Of a stretch of DNA of 32,000 nucleotides, positions 1 through 7,148 are shown piece by piece. Numbering within the stretch: position 1 is the stretch's first letter; the number at the start of each line of letters is the position of its first letter. The position numbers and the translations under genes were made by a program. Source of the stretch: Candidatus Auribacterota bacterium (GTDB lineage: Bacteria; Auribacterota; UBA6266); NCBI GenBank assembly GCA_023136205.1, contig JAGLRQ010000079.1, positions 1,749-33,748 of the forward strand, written 5' to 3'. Below the pieces are notes generated by a model. The model was not told the origin of the DNA. It saw only the letters and a program-made list of their open reading frames with translations, and did not search any database.

Positions 1-1421
1 CATTCCTTCGGCGGGGATTTAAAGGTATTATCTTTTTGATATTCCAGAGATTTTAATTCATCCTTTAAAGTTTTACTTTTTGATTCAGCTTCCTTCAACG
101 CCTCTGAAACAGCACTTGAGAAATTGCCCACTTTAATGTAATTAAGGTAATTTTGTATTTCCAAAAACACTTTATCATGTTGAGATTTCTTTTTCTTAAT
201 AAGTTCAGGTGTTTTATTAAGCCCTTTTGATACAAGCTTCTCCAACTTCTTATAAACACATTCCAGATTCTGATGCGTTAATATCTTTCCTTTTAATTCT
301 GATATTATGGTTTGTTCTACACGATTCCGGGGAACTAAGAGCGTGTTATCACAGGTTTTTCTCTTTGCATTATAGCAGCCATAGTAACCACTTCCCTTCC
401 CTCCTACAAGAACAACAGCCCCACCACAGGAATTGCACTTCAAAAGCCCCGCAAGCAGGTGCGTGGGACTGGCTTTAACATAGCTTTTTTGTTTTATATT
501 ACTTTTTTTCCTAACTGGCCAGGCGCCCTCAAGCTCTTGCCATCTTTTCTGAGCCTTTTCCCAAGTTTCCTTATCAATAATTACCAAATCTTCTTTGAAA
601 ACAGGCATTTGCTCTTTTTCTGCGCGGGGAACTTTCTTTACTTTCCCTGTCATAGGGTCTCTGACATTTTTCCATTTTCTCCATACCCAGAGTCCCATAT
701 ATTTCTCATTTTTTAAGATTCTGCTCACGGTTGAAATATTCCACCCTCCGATATATCCTTTCTTAGTTGGTGTCTTATCACTGTTAAGATCCCTTACAAT
801 CCTGTTTATGCTTTTACCCTCTATAAACTCCTTAAATATCCTCTTAACAATATCCGCTTCATCGGGATTTATTTTATGAACCATCCCCTCGTATTTGGGG
901 TTACCTTTTTTATTTAACTTGAGCTCTCCGAAAGGATGACTGCTATATCCATAAACATTTTCTCCCGTGCTAAAACCCCTTAGTTTCTGCCCTTCCAGGC
1001 CTCTCATGGTCTTTTTCTTAAGGTCATCAAGGTATAACTCATTTATAAATCCCCGAATATGAATCCCCAGCTTTGAGTTCTCATCATCAGTAATAATCCC
1101 GTCTGACACAGATATAAGTTTAATCTGGAGATAGTTAAACTTCATAACCAGTGTAAGCATCTGGTGATTGCTTCTTGACAGCCTCGATAAATCATCAACA
1201 GCCACCGCATCAAATTCCTTATTCTCAGCAGCCTTTTCCAGTGCCTGAAGAGCAGGCCGATTGACAATAGACCCGGAAATAGCCTCATCAATGTAAATAT
1301 GCCTCTCTTCTACGGTCATCTTATTTTCTTTGATATACTTCTTACAGACCCTAATCTGATCATCAATGCTTTTCTCGCTTTGATTCTCAGAAGAATACCG
1401 CGCGTAAATTGCAACTTTCAT
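1..1421 (-). CDS. Large serine recombinase/integrase; the C-terminus runs off the left window edge
   Basis: Absent from the ORF track because it is open at the edge. My translation from the ATG (plus-strand cat at 1419-1421) reads MKVAIYARYSSENQSEKSIDDQIRVCKKY...AVAVDDLSRLSRSNHQM, which carries the Y-x-R-x-S-x-x-x-Q catalytic-serine motif and DxLSRLSR of the resolvase domain. Further on is a Cys zinc ribbon, LLKCNSCGG...YYGCYNAKRKTCDN (around nt 330-470), then a Lys/Glu-rich coiled-coil tail. I checked the first ~50 codons at the left edge and the frame is still open at nt 3. Confidence 0.9.
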   Translation of the reverse strand, partial: MKVAIYARYSSENQSEKSIDDQIRVCKKYIKENKMTVEERHIYIDEAISGSIVNRPALQALEKAAENKEFDAVAVDDLSRLSRSNHQMLTLVMKFNYLQIKLISVSDGIITDDENSKLGIHIRGFINELYLDDLKKKTMRGLEGQKLRGFSTGENVYGYSSHPFGELKLNKKGNPKYEGMVHKINPDEADIVKRIFKEFIEGKSINRIVRDLNSDKTPTKKGYIGGWNISTVSRILKNEKYMGLWVWRKWKNVRDPMTGKVKKVPRAEKEQMPVFKEDLVIIDKETWEKAQKRWQELEGAWPVRKKSNIKQKSYVKASPTHLLAGLLKCNSCGGAVVLVGGKGSGYYGCYNAKRKTCDNTLLVPRNRVEQTIISELKGKILTHQNLECVYKKLEKLVSKGLNKTPELIKKKKSQHDKVFLEIQNYLNYIKVGNFSSAVSEALKEAESKSKTLKDELKSLEYQKDNTFKSPPKE

Positions 1422-1553
1422 TTTTTGTTGTCCTCTAAATAAGACCATACCTTACGGAACAATAGTGACGTAAGTTATCTGGTCGAATTTATCCCGAAGC
1501 TTAAGTTAAAATTATCGCAAGAAAATTTTAGCTTGTTTAAGCAAGGGGCATTT

Positions 1554-1754
1554 CTAGTTTTCATCAATTCCTTTGACCGTAAAAACATCAGGATTTTTCA
1601 TAACTGTTTCAATATATTCATCCGCCAGAATAGAAGAAATGACATCCAGAAGATTTTGAATGCCGGGATTGTCTTCCCAGGAAAAATTTTCCTTCGGAAT
1701 TTCTTTCAGGCAATCTTTCTTTTTCTCTTGCGCCAGTATGCTCTCGCTACTCAT
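1554..1754 (-). CDS. Small acidic hypothetical protein, same strand and just upstream of the recombinase gene
   Basis: 66-aa ORF (MSSESILAQEKKKDCLKEIPKENFSWEDNPGIQNLLDVISSILADEYIETVMKNPDVF...). I recognise no motif. Its position, divergent from the XRE gene and upstream of the recombinase, fits a small regulator or directionality factor, but that is a guess. Confidence 0.35.
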   Translation of the reverse strand: MSSESILAQEKKKDCLKEIPKENFSWEDNPGIQNLLDVISSILADEYIETVMKNPDVFTVKGIDEN

Positions 1755-1781
1755 TAGAAAACCTTGCTTTTATGACTGTTT

Positions 1782-1842
1782 AGGTATATATTACCAATTT
1801 AAGGCACTACTCAATGAACCGCAATACGACTATAATATACCT
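1782..1842. promoter_or_regulatory. Divergent promoter/operator region with inverted AGGTATAT half-sites
   Basis: AGGTATATATTA lies at 1782-1793. TATAATATACCT at 1831-1842 is the reverse complement of AGGTATATTATA. The right copy contains a TATAAT hexamer (1831-1836) about 60 nt upstream of the XRE start codon. No convincing -35 was found. Confidence 0.2.
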
Positions 1843-1897
1843 AATATGGCAGGTTGTGTCAAGAACTTTTTTATATTTTTAAAAGAGGCAGATTATT

Positions 1898-2101
1898 ATG
1901 GATACCAAAAAGTTTGGCAAAAAAATCAAACTGGCCCGGGTAGAACAAGACCTGAACCAAACCCAGCTTGCCCGGAAAATTGGTGTCAAACAAAAAAGTA
2001 TTTCCCGTTACGAAACCGGGGCGTCTATGCCATCAATTGAAACCCTGGTTAAAATTGCTAAGGTATTGAAAAAGTCGGCAGGGTATTTTCTGGATGGATA
2101 A
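1898..2101 (+). CDS. XRE-family helix-turn-helix transcriptional regulator
   Basis: 67 aa. GKKIKLARVEQDLNQTQLARKIGVKQKSISRYETGASMPSIETLVKIAKVL is the classic Cro/C1-type HTH_3 pattern (Q-x-x-L-A...S-x-I-S-x-x-E-x-G). AGAGG lies upstream of the ATG. Confidence 0.85.
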   Translation: MDTKKFGKKIKLARVEQDLNQTQLARKIGVKQKSISRYETGASMPSIETLVKIAKVLKKSAGYFLDG

Positions 2102-2138
2102 AAAAATATCGTTTATATTTCCGAAAAAGAGGTTCTGA

Positions 2139-3729
2139 ATGAAAAAGATATCTGAACTTAATCTAGGATTCAACGATGCAGAGAATTATCACAGGAGAGA
2201 AAACAAAGACTTATTTAATACAATTTTTATCAAGAACATTTTTTTTGATAAAATATTACAACCAAGCACCTTTTTTCTTATCGGCGAGAAAGGCACAGGA
2301 AAAACAGCATACGCTGTTTACCTAAACAACAATGTACATTTTGATACACTATCTGAACTTAAATACATTAGAGAAACAGATTACCAAAAATTTGTAACAT
2401 TAAAAAAAAAATAAACATCTTCAGTTATCTGATTATTCTAGTATTTGGAAAGTTATTATATTGCTTCTATTGGCCAAAAGCGTTGAAAGCGATGAGTTAG
2501 ATCATGGCCCCTTTGCCAAGAATAAAAGAATTAACGCATTAATGAAAGCAATAGATGAATATTATGCAAACGCATTTGCTCCAGAAATCATCTATGCGCT
2601 AGATTTAGTAGAAAATTCAAAAACAGCTGCAGAATTAATAACCAAATACCTAAAACTAATAGGGGAGAAAACAGTTAGTACCAGTTTTCACGAATCTAAA
2701 TTCCAAGTAAACCTTTTATATATCCAAAATCAATTTGAAAAGGCATTATATGATATAAAGATTAAGAAAAATCATGTTTTATTTATAGATGGAATAGATA
2801 TACGACCTGGAGTTATACCATATAAAGATTATCTAGAATGTGTGAAGGGACTAGCTAATGCGGTGTGGAGTTTAAATAATGACTTTTTCCCGAAAATCAG
2901 AGATTCAAAAGGTAGATTCCGAACAGTTTTATTGTTGCGACCTGATATTTTTAATACACTTGGTCTACAAAATCAAACTAATAAAGTGAGGGATAACTCT
3001 GTTTTTCTTGATTGGCGTACAACTTACCCTGAGTATAGCAATTCTAGCATTTTTGAATTATCAGATAAACTGTTAGCAGCACAACAAAATACGGAATTAA
3101 AATTGGGTGAAGCATGGAATTATTATTTTCCTTGGCAATCAAGACCAACTAGCCCTGAAAGATTCTTCGACCCATCATTTTTTAAATTTCTTAGACTTTC
3201 TTATTCAAGGCCCAGAGATATAGTTACAATGATCCAAATATTGCAAGAAACAACTATCGAAAATCACAAAAAATCACAAAAAACTTTTGATGAAAAAGCC
3301 CTCGATAGCAACGATTTTCGCAATAAATATTCTGAATATTTAATGGGTGGCATTAAGGATCAATTATCCTTTTATTACTCATCTAAAGATTATGAAATGT
3401 TTCTTAAATTCTTTAATTATTTAAACGGGAAAGGTGCATTTGATTATAAGGAATATATCTCAGCATATAACTTATTTACTGATTATATATTACATAATCA
3501 CACCGATATTCCTGAATTTGTTGAAACACCAGATACTTTTTTGCAATTTTTATACGACACAAATATTATATGTTATATTGAAATTTTAGAAGGGAAAACC
3601 TTATTTAGATGGTGTTATAGAGAAAGGAGTCCCTCCAACATATCTCCTAAAGTAAAGCTTAATGTCCATTATAATGTCCATTATGGCCTGATGAAAGCCT
3701 TGAATCTCGGATTCAAGAAAACAGAATAA
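2139..3729 (+). pseudogene. P-loop NTPase (STAND/Sll1717-like, family uncertain), reading frame broken at an A10 tract
   Basis: Track ORF 2139-2414 carries Walker A (FFLIGEKGTGKTAY). Track ORF 2461-3729 carries a Walker-B-like HVLFIDGIDIRP and a later YSRPRDIV motif. The frame of the second ORF is open back to nt 2404, and the two frames meet inside the A run at 2402-2411. Deleting one A gives a single 529-aa ORF (...YQKFVTLKKKNKHLQLSDYSSIWKVIILLLLAKSVE...). GAGG lies 7 nt upstream of the ATG at 2139, and the gene sits 37 nt after the XRE stop. Confidence 0.7.
2402..2411 (+). repeat. Homopolymer A10 at the frameshift point of the NTPase gene
   Basis: Counted directly: t(2401), a x10 (2402-2411), t(2412). 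Frame 0 stops at TAA 2412-2414. The frame of the second ORF is open from 2404 onward. Confidence 0.95.
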
Positions 3730-3751
3730 GCAAAATTTTTCTATCAAACTA

Positions 3752-3780
3752 TTTTAAAAAGCTACAAATTCTTTTTAAAA
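3752..3780 (+). terminator. Perfect 10-bp AT-rich inverted repeat downstream of the NTPase gene (weak terminator or operator)
   Basis: TTTTAAAAAG (3752-3761), a 9-nt loop, then CTTTTTAAAA (3771-3780). Only one G:C pair and no clean T tract follow, so function is uncertain. Confidence 0.25.
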
Positions 3781-3824
3781 TACAAGGATTTTTTCACTCA
3801 ATAAATTTCTGCTACAATAACCAC

Positions 3825-4027
3825 ATGAAAAAGCGAACCCTCTTAATAATCACTTTAGTATGCTGCCTCTTAACCGGATATGCTTTTTCTTCAGATGTAA
3901 CTGACCTTTCCGGGAAGAAATATTTCCCAGCAGTAAAGGAAGCCATAGATAATTCAGAGAAATCTATATTTATGGTTGTGTATATTGTGGACTTTGATGA
4001 AAGGGTGATGAGCGACAATTATAATTA
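3825..4027 (+). pseudogene. N-terminal fragment of a secreted PLD-family (Nuc-like) nuclease/phospholipase, truncated by an IS
   Basis: Signal peptide MKKRTLLIITLVCCLLTGYAFS, then SGKKYFPAVKEAIDNSEKSIFMVVYIVDF. This matches the N-terminal YF-P...I..A..SI...Y pattern of Nuc-type PLD proteins. After about nt 4012-4027 the reading frame runs into IS end sequence. Confidence 0.6.
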
Positions 4028-5648
4028 CCAGTCTCATTGCCTCAAGAAGAAATGTTACCATTAGTTACAACCTGCGTCTACACCAATTGGGGCAACTACT
4101 GCCTGTCCAATATTTTTATCTAAACATGAATACACTAACTGCTTTGCCATAATCTGCCTCCACTCCTGAACTCGCCGTTGCAGAGTTCTCAATTGACCAT
4201 CTGTGAATTTTCCAGGATGATCTTTCTGAAGCCGTTCAAATAACAATTTAGCAGTAGTATCAGGTTCACTTTGTAGCCATTGGAGTACATCGGGCCAAAC
4301 TTTTTCGAATGGATTTTTCCGCGTTCTCCAATAATGAGGTTTTGTTATAGTTTTTTGATGTGTTGGACGCACCTCGCCAGAATGCCAGAGTTGTGGTAGT
4401 TGTGCAAGAAATTGCTCTAAGCTATTTCGACCCGGGCCAGTGGATTCATTCGGAGAAACCAAAGCAGCTAATGCGGCTTGGTCGTCTCGTATACGATGTA
4501 GTAAATACACGGGGTCAAGTTCTTTGCGCTGCAATTGGAGTTTTTCCTTTGTTGATTGCATGACAGTAGGGTTGTTACACAAACGCTCACAAGGTGTCAT
4601 CGGTTTGTCATACAATCGCTTGACCTTGGATCCTTCTCGCTTCTTTTCTCGCAATTTGAAGGAAGGCTGGTAATAATTTACATAAAACCTAACCGCTCGG
4701 TATAGATGAGCAAGTGCTTGACCGGCTACGACTCCTGAAAAACGCTCATATCCAACAAACCGCCGTATCACCGCCCCATTCTTTTGTTCGATCCAAGCTT
4801 GGTCATTTGGGCAAGACGGTCGTGATCGAGTAAAGTCAATGCTATGATTTTTGCAATATGAAAGTAGCGTATCGTTGATAAAAGCACTATCGTTATCAGA
4901 GTCGATTCTTAGAATGGGAAATGGTAGTTGCTGTCGCAGTACCTCAAGTCCCTCCACCACAAGGGATTGTTCTCTCGCCAGAAGCGGAATACACTCGACC
5001 CAACCTGAATATATATCTGTTGCAACAAGGCTGTGGATAAAAGAACCGGCCATGGATCCGCCACCGTGCACCACAAAATCGATTTCTAAATATCCTGGAG
5101 ATGGTTCATTCCAATCTGCAAATGTATGGACAGGCACTTGCGCACTGACTTTATTTGGCTTTCGGCGACGTTTTCTACGTGAACATCCCTGTTTCCGAAC
5201 ATCCGAAAGCAACCGGTCGAGAGTTGCTGCGCTGGCTAAAAGTAGTCGTCGCCTCACCTCTGGGTCGAGTTCTATATGACCGTGACGTTCCATCGCATCC
5301 ACTAAATTAGGCAATATAGCCTTTAGTCTCTTACCGCAAATTCGATCTGCGACTTCCCAAGTAACAATTAATGCTTCTCTCACAGCTTCGTTGTAAATGC
5401 GTCTGCTTTTGGTAGGTTTATTATCAAAGCCTGCCAGATTTCTGTTTCCAAGCAGGCGAGTAGCGTGTTTTCGGTGATATCCGGCAACCGCAACAAACTC
5501 GTCCAATATCCTCGCCTTTTCATTTTTTGGAGCCTTTATATAACGATTTCTCAGGACTTCCAAGAGTTCATTTCTTGTATGCTTACTAATTTTTTTCCCC
5601 ATTTTTTGCCTCCTGATTTTGGTAACATTATCATGAGGCAACGACTGG
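4028..5648 (-). mobile_element. Insertion sequence (~1.6 kb) with one rve-type DDE transposase gene; outer ends approximate
   Basis: Imperfect terminal inverted repeats. Left is CCAGTCTCATTGCCTCAAGAAGAAATGTTACC (4028-4059). The reverse complement of 5621-5648 is CCAGTCGTTGCCTCATGATAATGTTACC. The single ORF fills the space between them. The interior is visibly GC-richer than its flanks, and the element interrupts a recognisable PLD gene. Confidence 0.75.
4061..5602 (-). CDS. DDE (rve/integrase-core) transposase, possibly ISNCY-like
   Basis: DDE candidates are LEIDFVVHGG, RIDSDNDSAFIN and AWIEQKNGAVIRR. The N-terminus has an HTH-like KNEKARILDEFVAVAGYHRKHATRLL. I place the start at the internal Met (MGKKISKH..., plus-strand cat at 5600-5602) because AGGAGG lies 6 nt upstream of it. 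The track start at 5641 sits inside the right inverted repeat. Confidence 0.85.
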   Translation of the reverse strand: MGKKISKHTRNELLEVLRNRYIKAPKNEKARILDEFVAVAGYHRKHATRLLGNRNLAGFDNKPTKSRRIYNEAVREALIVTWEVADRICGKRLKAILPNLVDAMERHGHIELDPEVRRRLLLASAATLDRLLSDVRKQGCSRRKRRRKPNKVSAQVPVHTFADWNEPSPGYLEIDFVVHGGGSMAGSFIHSLVATDIYSGWVECIPLLAREQSLVVEGLEVLRQQLPFPILRIDSDNDSAFINDTLLSYCKNHSIDFTRSRPSCPNDQAWIEQKNGAVIRRFVGYERFSGVVAGQALAHLYRAVRFYVNYYQPSFKLREKKREGSKVKRLYDKPMTPCERLCNNPTVMQSTKEKLQLQRKELDPVYLLHRIRDDQAALAALVSPNESTGPGRNSLEQFLAQLPQLWHSGEVRPTHQKTITKPHYWRTRKNPFEKVWPDVLQWLQSEPDTTAKLLFERLQKDHPGKFTDGQLRTLQRRVQEWRQIMAKQLVYSCLDKNIGQAVVAPIGVDAGCN

Positions 5649-6218
5649 CACTTGGCAACAAAAGTTATGAGTCAAGGCGATGATGAGATTGTTATCATAG
5701 GAAGCACAAACTGGTCTAATTCAGCCTTAAGAAGAAACAACGAAACCTCTGCCCTTATAAAATCCAAGGAGCTGGCAAAATCTCTTCTTACAAACTTCTT
5801 CCATATCGCCATTGATTATGAGGCAAGTAAATCAATTCATCAAAAAGCTTCTCCCCTTGCAATATGCAGATATTTTTTGGAAGACTCCGATCTGGCAGGT
5901 AGAATGATGACTTCCCGCGATGAAAGAGCCTTTGATGTATATCTCTTGCTCCTGAAAGATAACCTTGCAGAGTCAGGGTTTAACTATAACAAGATAGCCT
6001 TGCAATTGGGTTTAGACAAGAAAATGGCTGTGAATGACTATAGAAGACAGATCAACAAGACCTTAAGAAAGCTTGAGAGCCAATACAACTTAACGGACGA
6101 GTACGGAAAAGAGCAAGTCCCAGAGGCATTTGATATAGTTTCCCAAAAGGCGATAGACAATCCCAGAAAAACTTATAAATATGTCGTGGGGATTTTGAGA
6201 AATGCTGCAGTCCCCTGA
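5649..6218 (+). pseudogene. C-terminal fragment of the same PLD-family gene, with a DnaD-like or winged-helix-like tail
   Basis: KVMSQGDDEIVIIGSTNWSNSALRRNNETSALIKSKELAKSL is the second half of an HKD motif region (GSxNxS...N-N-E). The frame is open only from 5637. No RBS or plausible independent start is present. The C-terminal AIDNPRKTYKYVVGILRN resembles the DnaD-type ...RN..YI..ILRNW motif. Confidence 0.6.
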
Positions 6219-6307
6219 AATAAGTATTGTGTTTCCGAAATTCCTTTTAGAAGGCGGAGAAATGCTTGATCTATGTTAAGATGTTTCTATAAAATGAATT
6301 ATGTATT

Positions 6308-6469
6308 ATGAATAACAAAAAACCCGGACTCATAGAACGATTCTTTGCCTGGTTGTTTGAGCTAGTGAATGATATTGTTGAAGATGCAACCGACTCAATA
6401 GCTGAGAAAGTAGTGGGAAAAATGAAAGAAGAGCAGTTTTTGGAAGGAAAAGATAAGGAAAACGAATAG
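6308..6469 (+). CDS. Small hypothetical protein (53 aa), below the ORF-track cutoff
   Basis: My translation: MNNKKPGLIERFFAWLFELVNDIVEDATDSIAEKVVGKMKEEQFLEGKDKENE, stop TAG at 6467-6469. Its stop lies 46 nt upstream of my preferred sce7726-like start (6516) and 7 nt upstream of the track start (6477). No clear RBS. Confidence 0.3.
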   Translation: MNNKKPGLIERFFAWLFELVNDIVEDATDSIAEKVVGKMKEEQFLEGKDKENE

Positions 6470-6515
6470 AAAATAGGTGTCCGTCTATCATTTCACTCAT
6501 TTTGTCAAAAATATC

Positions 6516-7148
6516 ATGGATAAAGCAGAGCAAATTAAAACTGAAGCTATCAAATGGTTACTTAAAGGAAATTTATCCTTTAAATCCAACAGGGATGCGA
6601 TTGGGACAGAAGTCCTTTTTTCTGTAAAGAGGAGAAAGGCTGATTTACTAATTCTTTCTACCAATACCCATGCAATTGAAATAAAGAGCGATTTCGACAA
6701 GCTTGACAAATTAAAAACGCAATTACAAGATTACTACAATTCATTTGATAAAGTATCGGTCATAACTACCCTGAGACATGTTTGCAATATTAAAAAAGTT
6801 TTATCCCCAAAGGCTGGCTTAATTATTTTTGATAATGCATCTTTCAAAGTTTTAAGAAAAGCAAAGCGACAAAAACGATTAAACAAAAGCTCATTATTAA
6901 TGTTCCTGCCAAAAGATGAATTAACCAAAATATATAGGGCACCAAGAGGTCAACGACTTTCCGTAACAGAAATACGTATGAGGATTAAGAACCAATTAAA
7001 TGCGGACGAAATCAGGGAAAAAGCTTTCTCGCATTTAAAAAAACGATACAGAAAGCTTTTTGAATTATTCCTACATGATACCGCTGGCATTATAATCTGG
7101 GATGAGCTTCGGGGGTTATCTGGTAAGATCAATAAGTTGCATGGTTAA
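6516..7148 (+). CDS. sce7726-family-like protein (MmcB-like PD-(D/E)xK nuclease fold)
   Basis: RKADLLILSTNTHAIEIKSDFDKLDKLKTQLQDYYNSFDKVSVIT shows the D...E-x-K core and the downstream L..Q...Y...FD pattern I associate with the sce7726/MmcB family. The track start is GTG 6477. I prefer ATG 6516 (MDKAEQIKTEAIKWLL) but cannot decide between them. Confidence 0.7.
   Translation: MDKAEQIKTEAIKWLLKGNLSFKSNRDAIGTEVLFSVKRRKADLLILSTNTHAIEIKSDFDKLDKLKTQLQDYYNSFDKVSVITTLRHVCNIKKVLSPKAGLIIFDNASFKVLRKAKRQKRLNKSSLLMFLPKDELTKIYRAPRGQRLSVTEIRMRIKNQLNADEIREKAFSHLKKRYRKLFELFLHDTAGIIIWDELRGLSGKINKLHG

Noticed and set aside
227-879. Three overlapping plus-strand ORFs (227-478, 459-716, 595-879).
   Set aside because: They lie antisense to the serine recombinase gene, which has clear catalytic motifs. 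Their products are low-complexity Leu/Phe/Ser-rich shadow translations with no RBS.
1660-2040. 126-aa plus-strand ORF overlapping the small minus-strand gene and the XRE gene.
   Set aside because: It is out of frame with the well-supported XRE ORF and runs through the divergent promoter region. No motif is present, so it is judged spurious.
3812-4018. 68-aa minus-strand ORF opposite the PLD N-terminal fragment.
   Set aside because: It is a shadow of the plus-strand ORF, which has a signal peptide and a PLD-like motif.
4360-5279. Plus-strand ORFs inside the IS (4360-4563, 4440-4673, 4851-5279).
   Set aside because: They are antisense to the DDE transposase, which has identifiable catalytic residues. 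GC-richer DNA commonly yields long antisense ORFs.
4006-5687. A 7-bp direct repeat, TGATGAG, at 4006-4012 and 5681-5687, considered as a possible target-site duplication of the IS.
   Set aside because: - The sequences immediately inside these repeats are not inverted repeats of each other.
- Joining the flanks at this repeat puts the two PLD fragments out of frame.
- A chance 7-mer match within such flanks is not unlikely.
5652-6218. Treating track ORF 5652-6218 as an independent intact gene.
   Set aside because: The TTG start has no RBS and lies only a few nt beyond the IS right inverted repeat. The product also begins in the middle of a PLD HKD motif region, so it is a gene fragment.
6330-7132. 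Minus-strand ORFs 6330-6533, 6497-6709, 6734-6928 and 6950-7132.
   Set aside because: They tile the antisense strand of the small ORF and the sce7726-like gene in AT-rich DNA. No motifs are present, so they are shadow ORFs.
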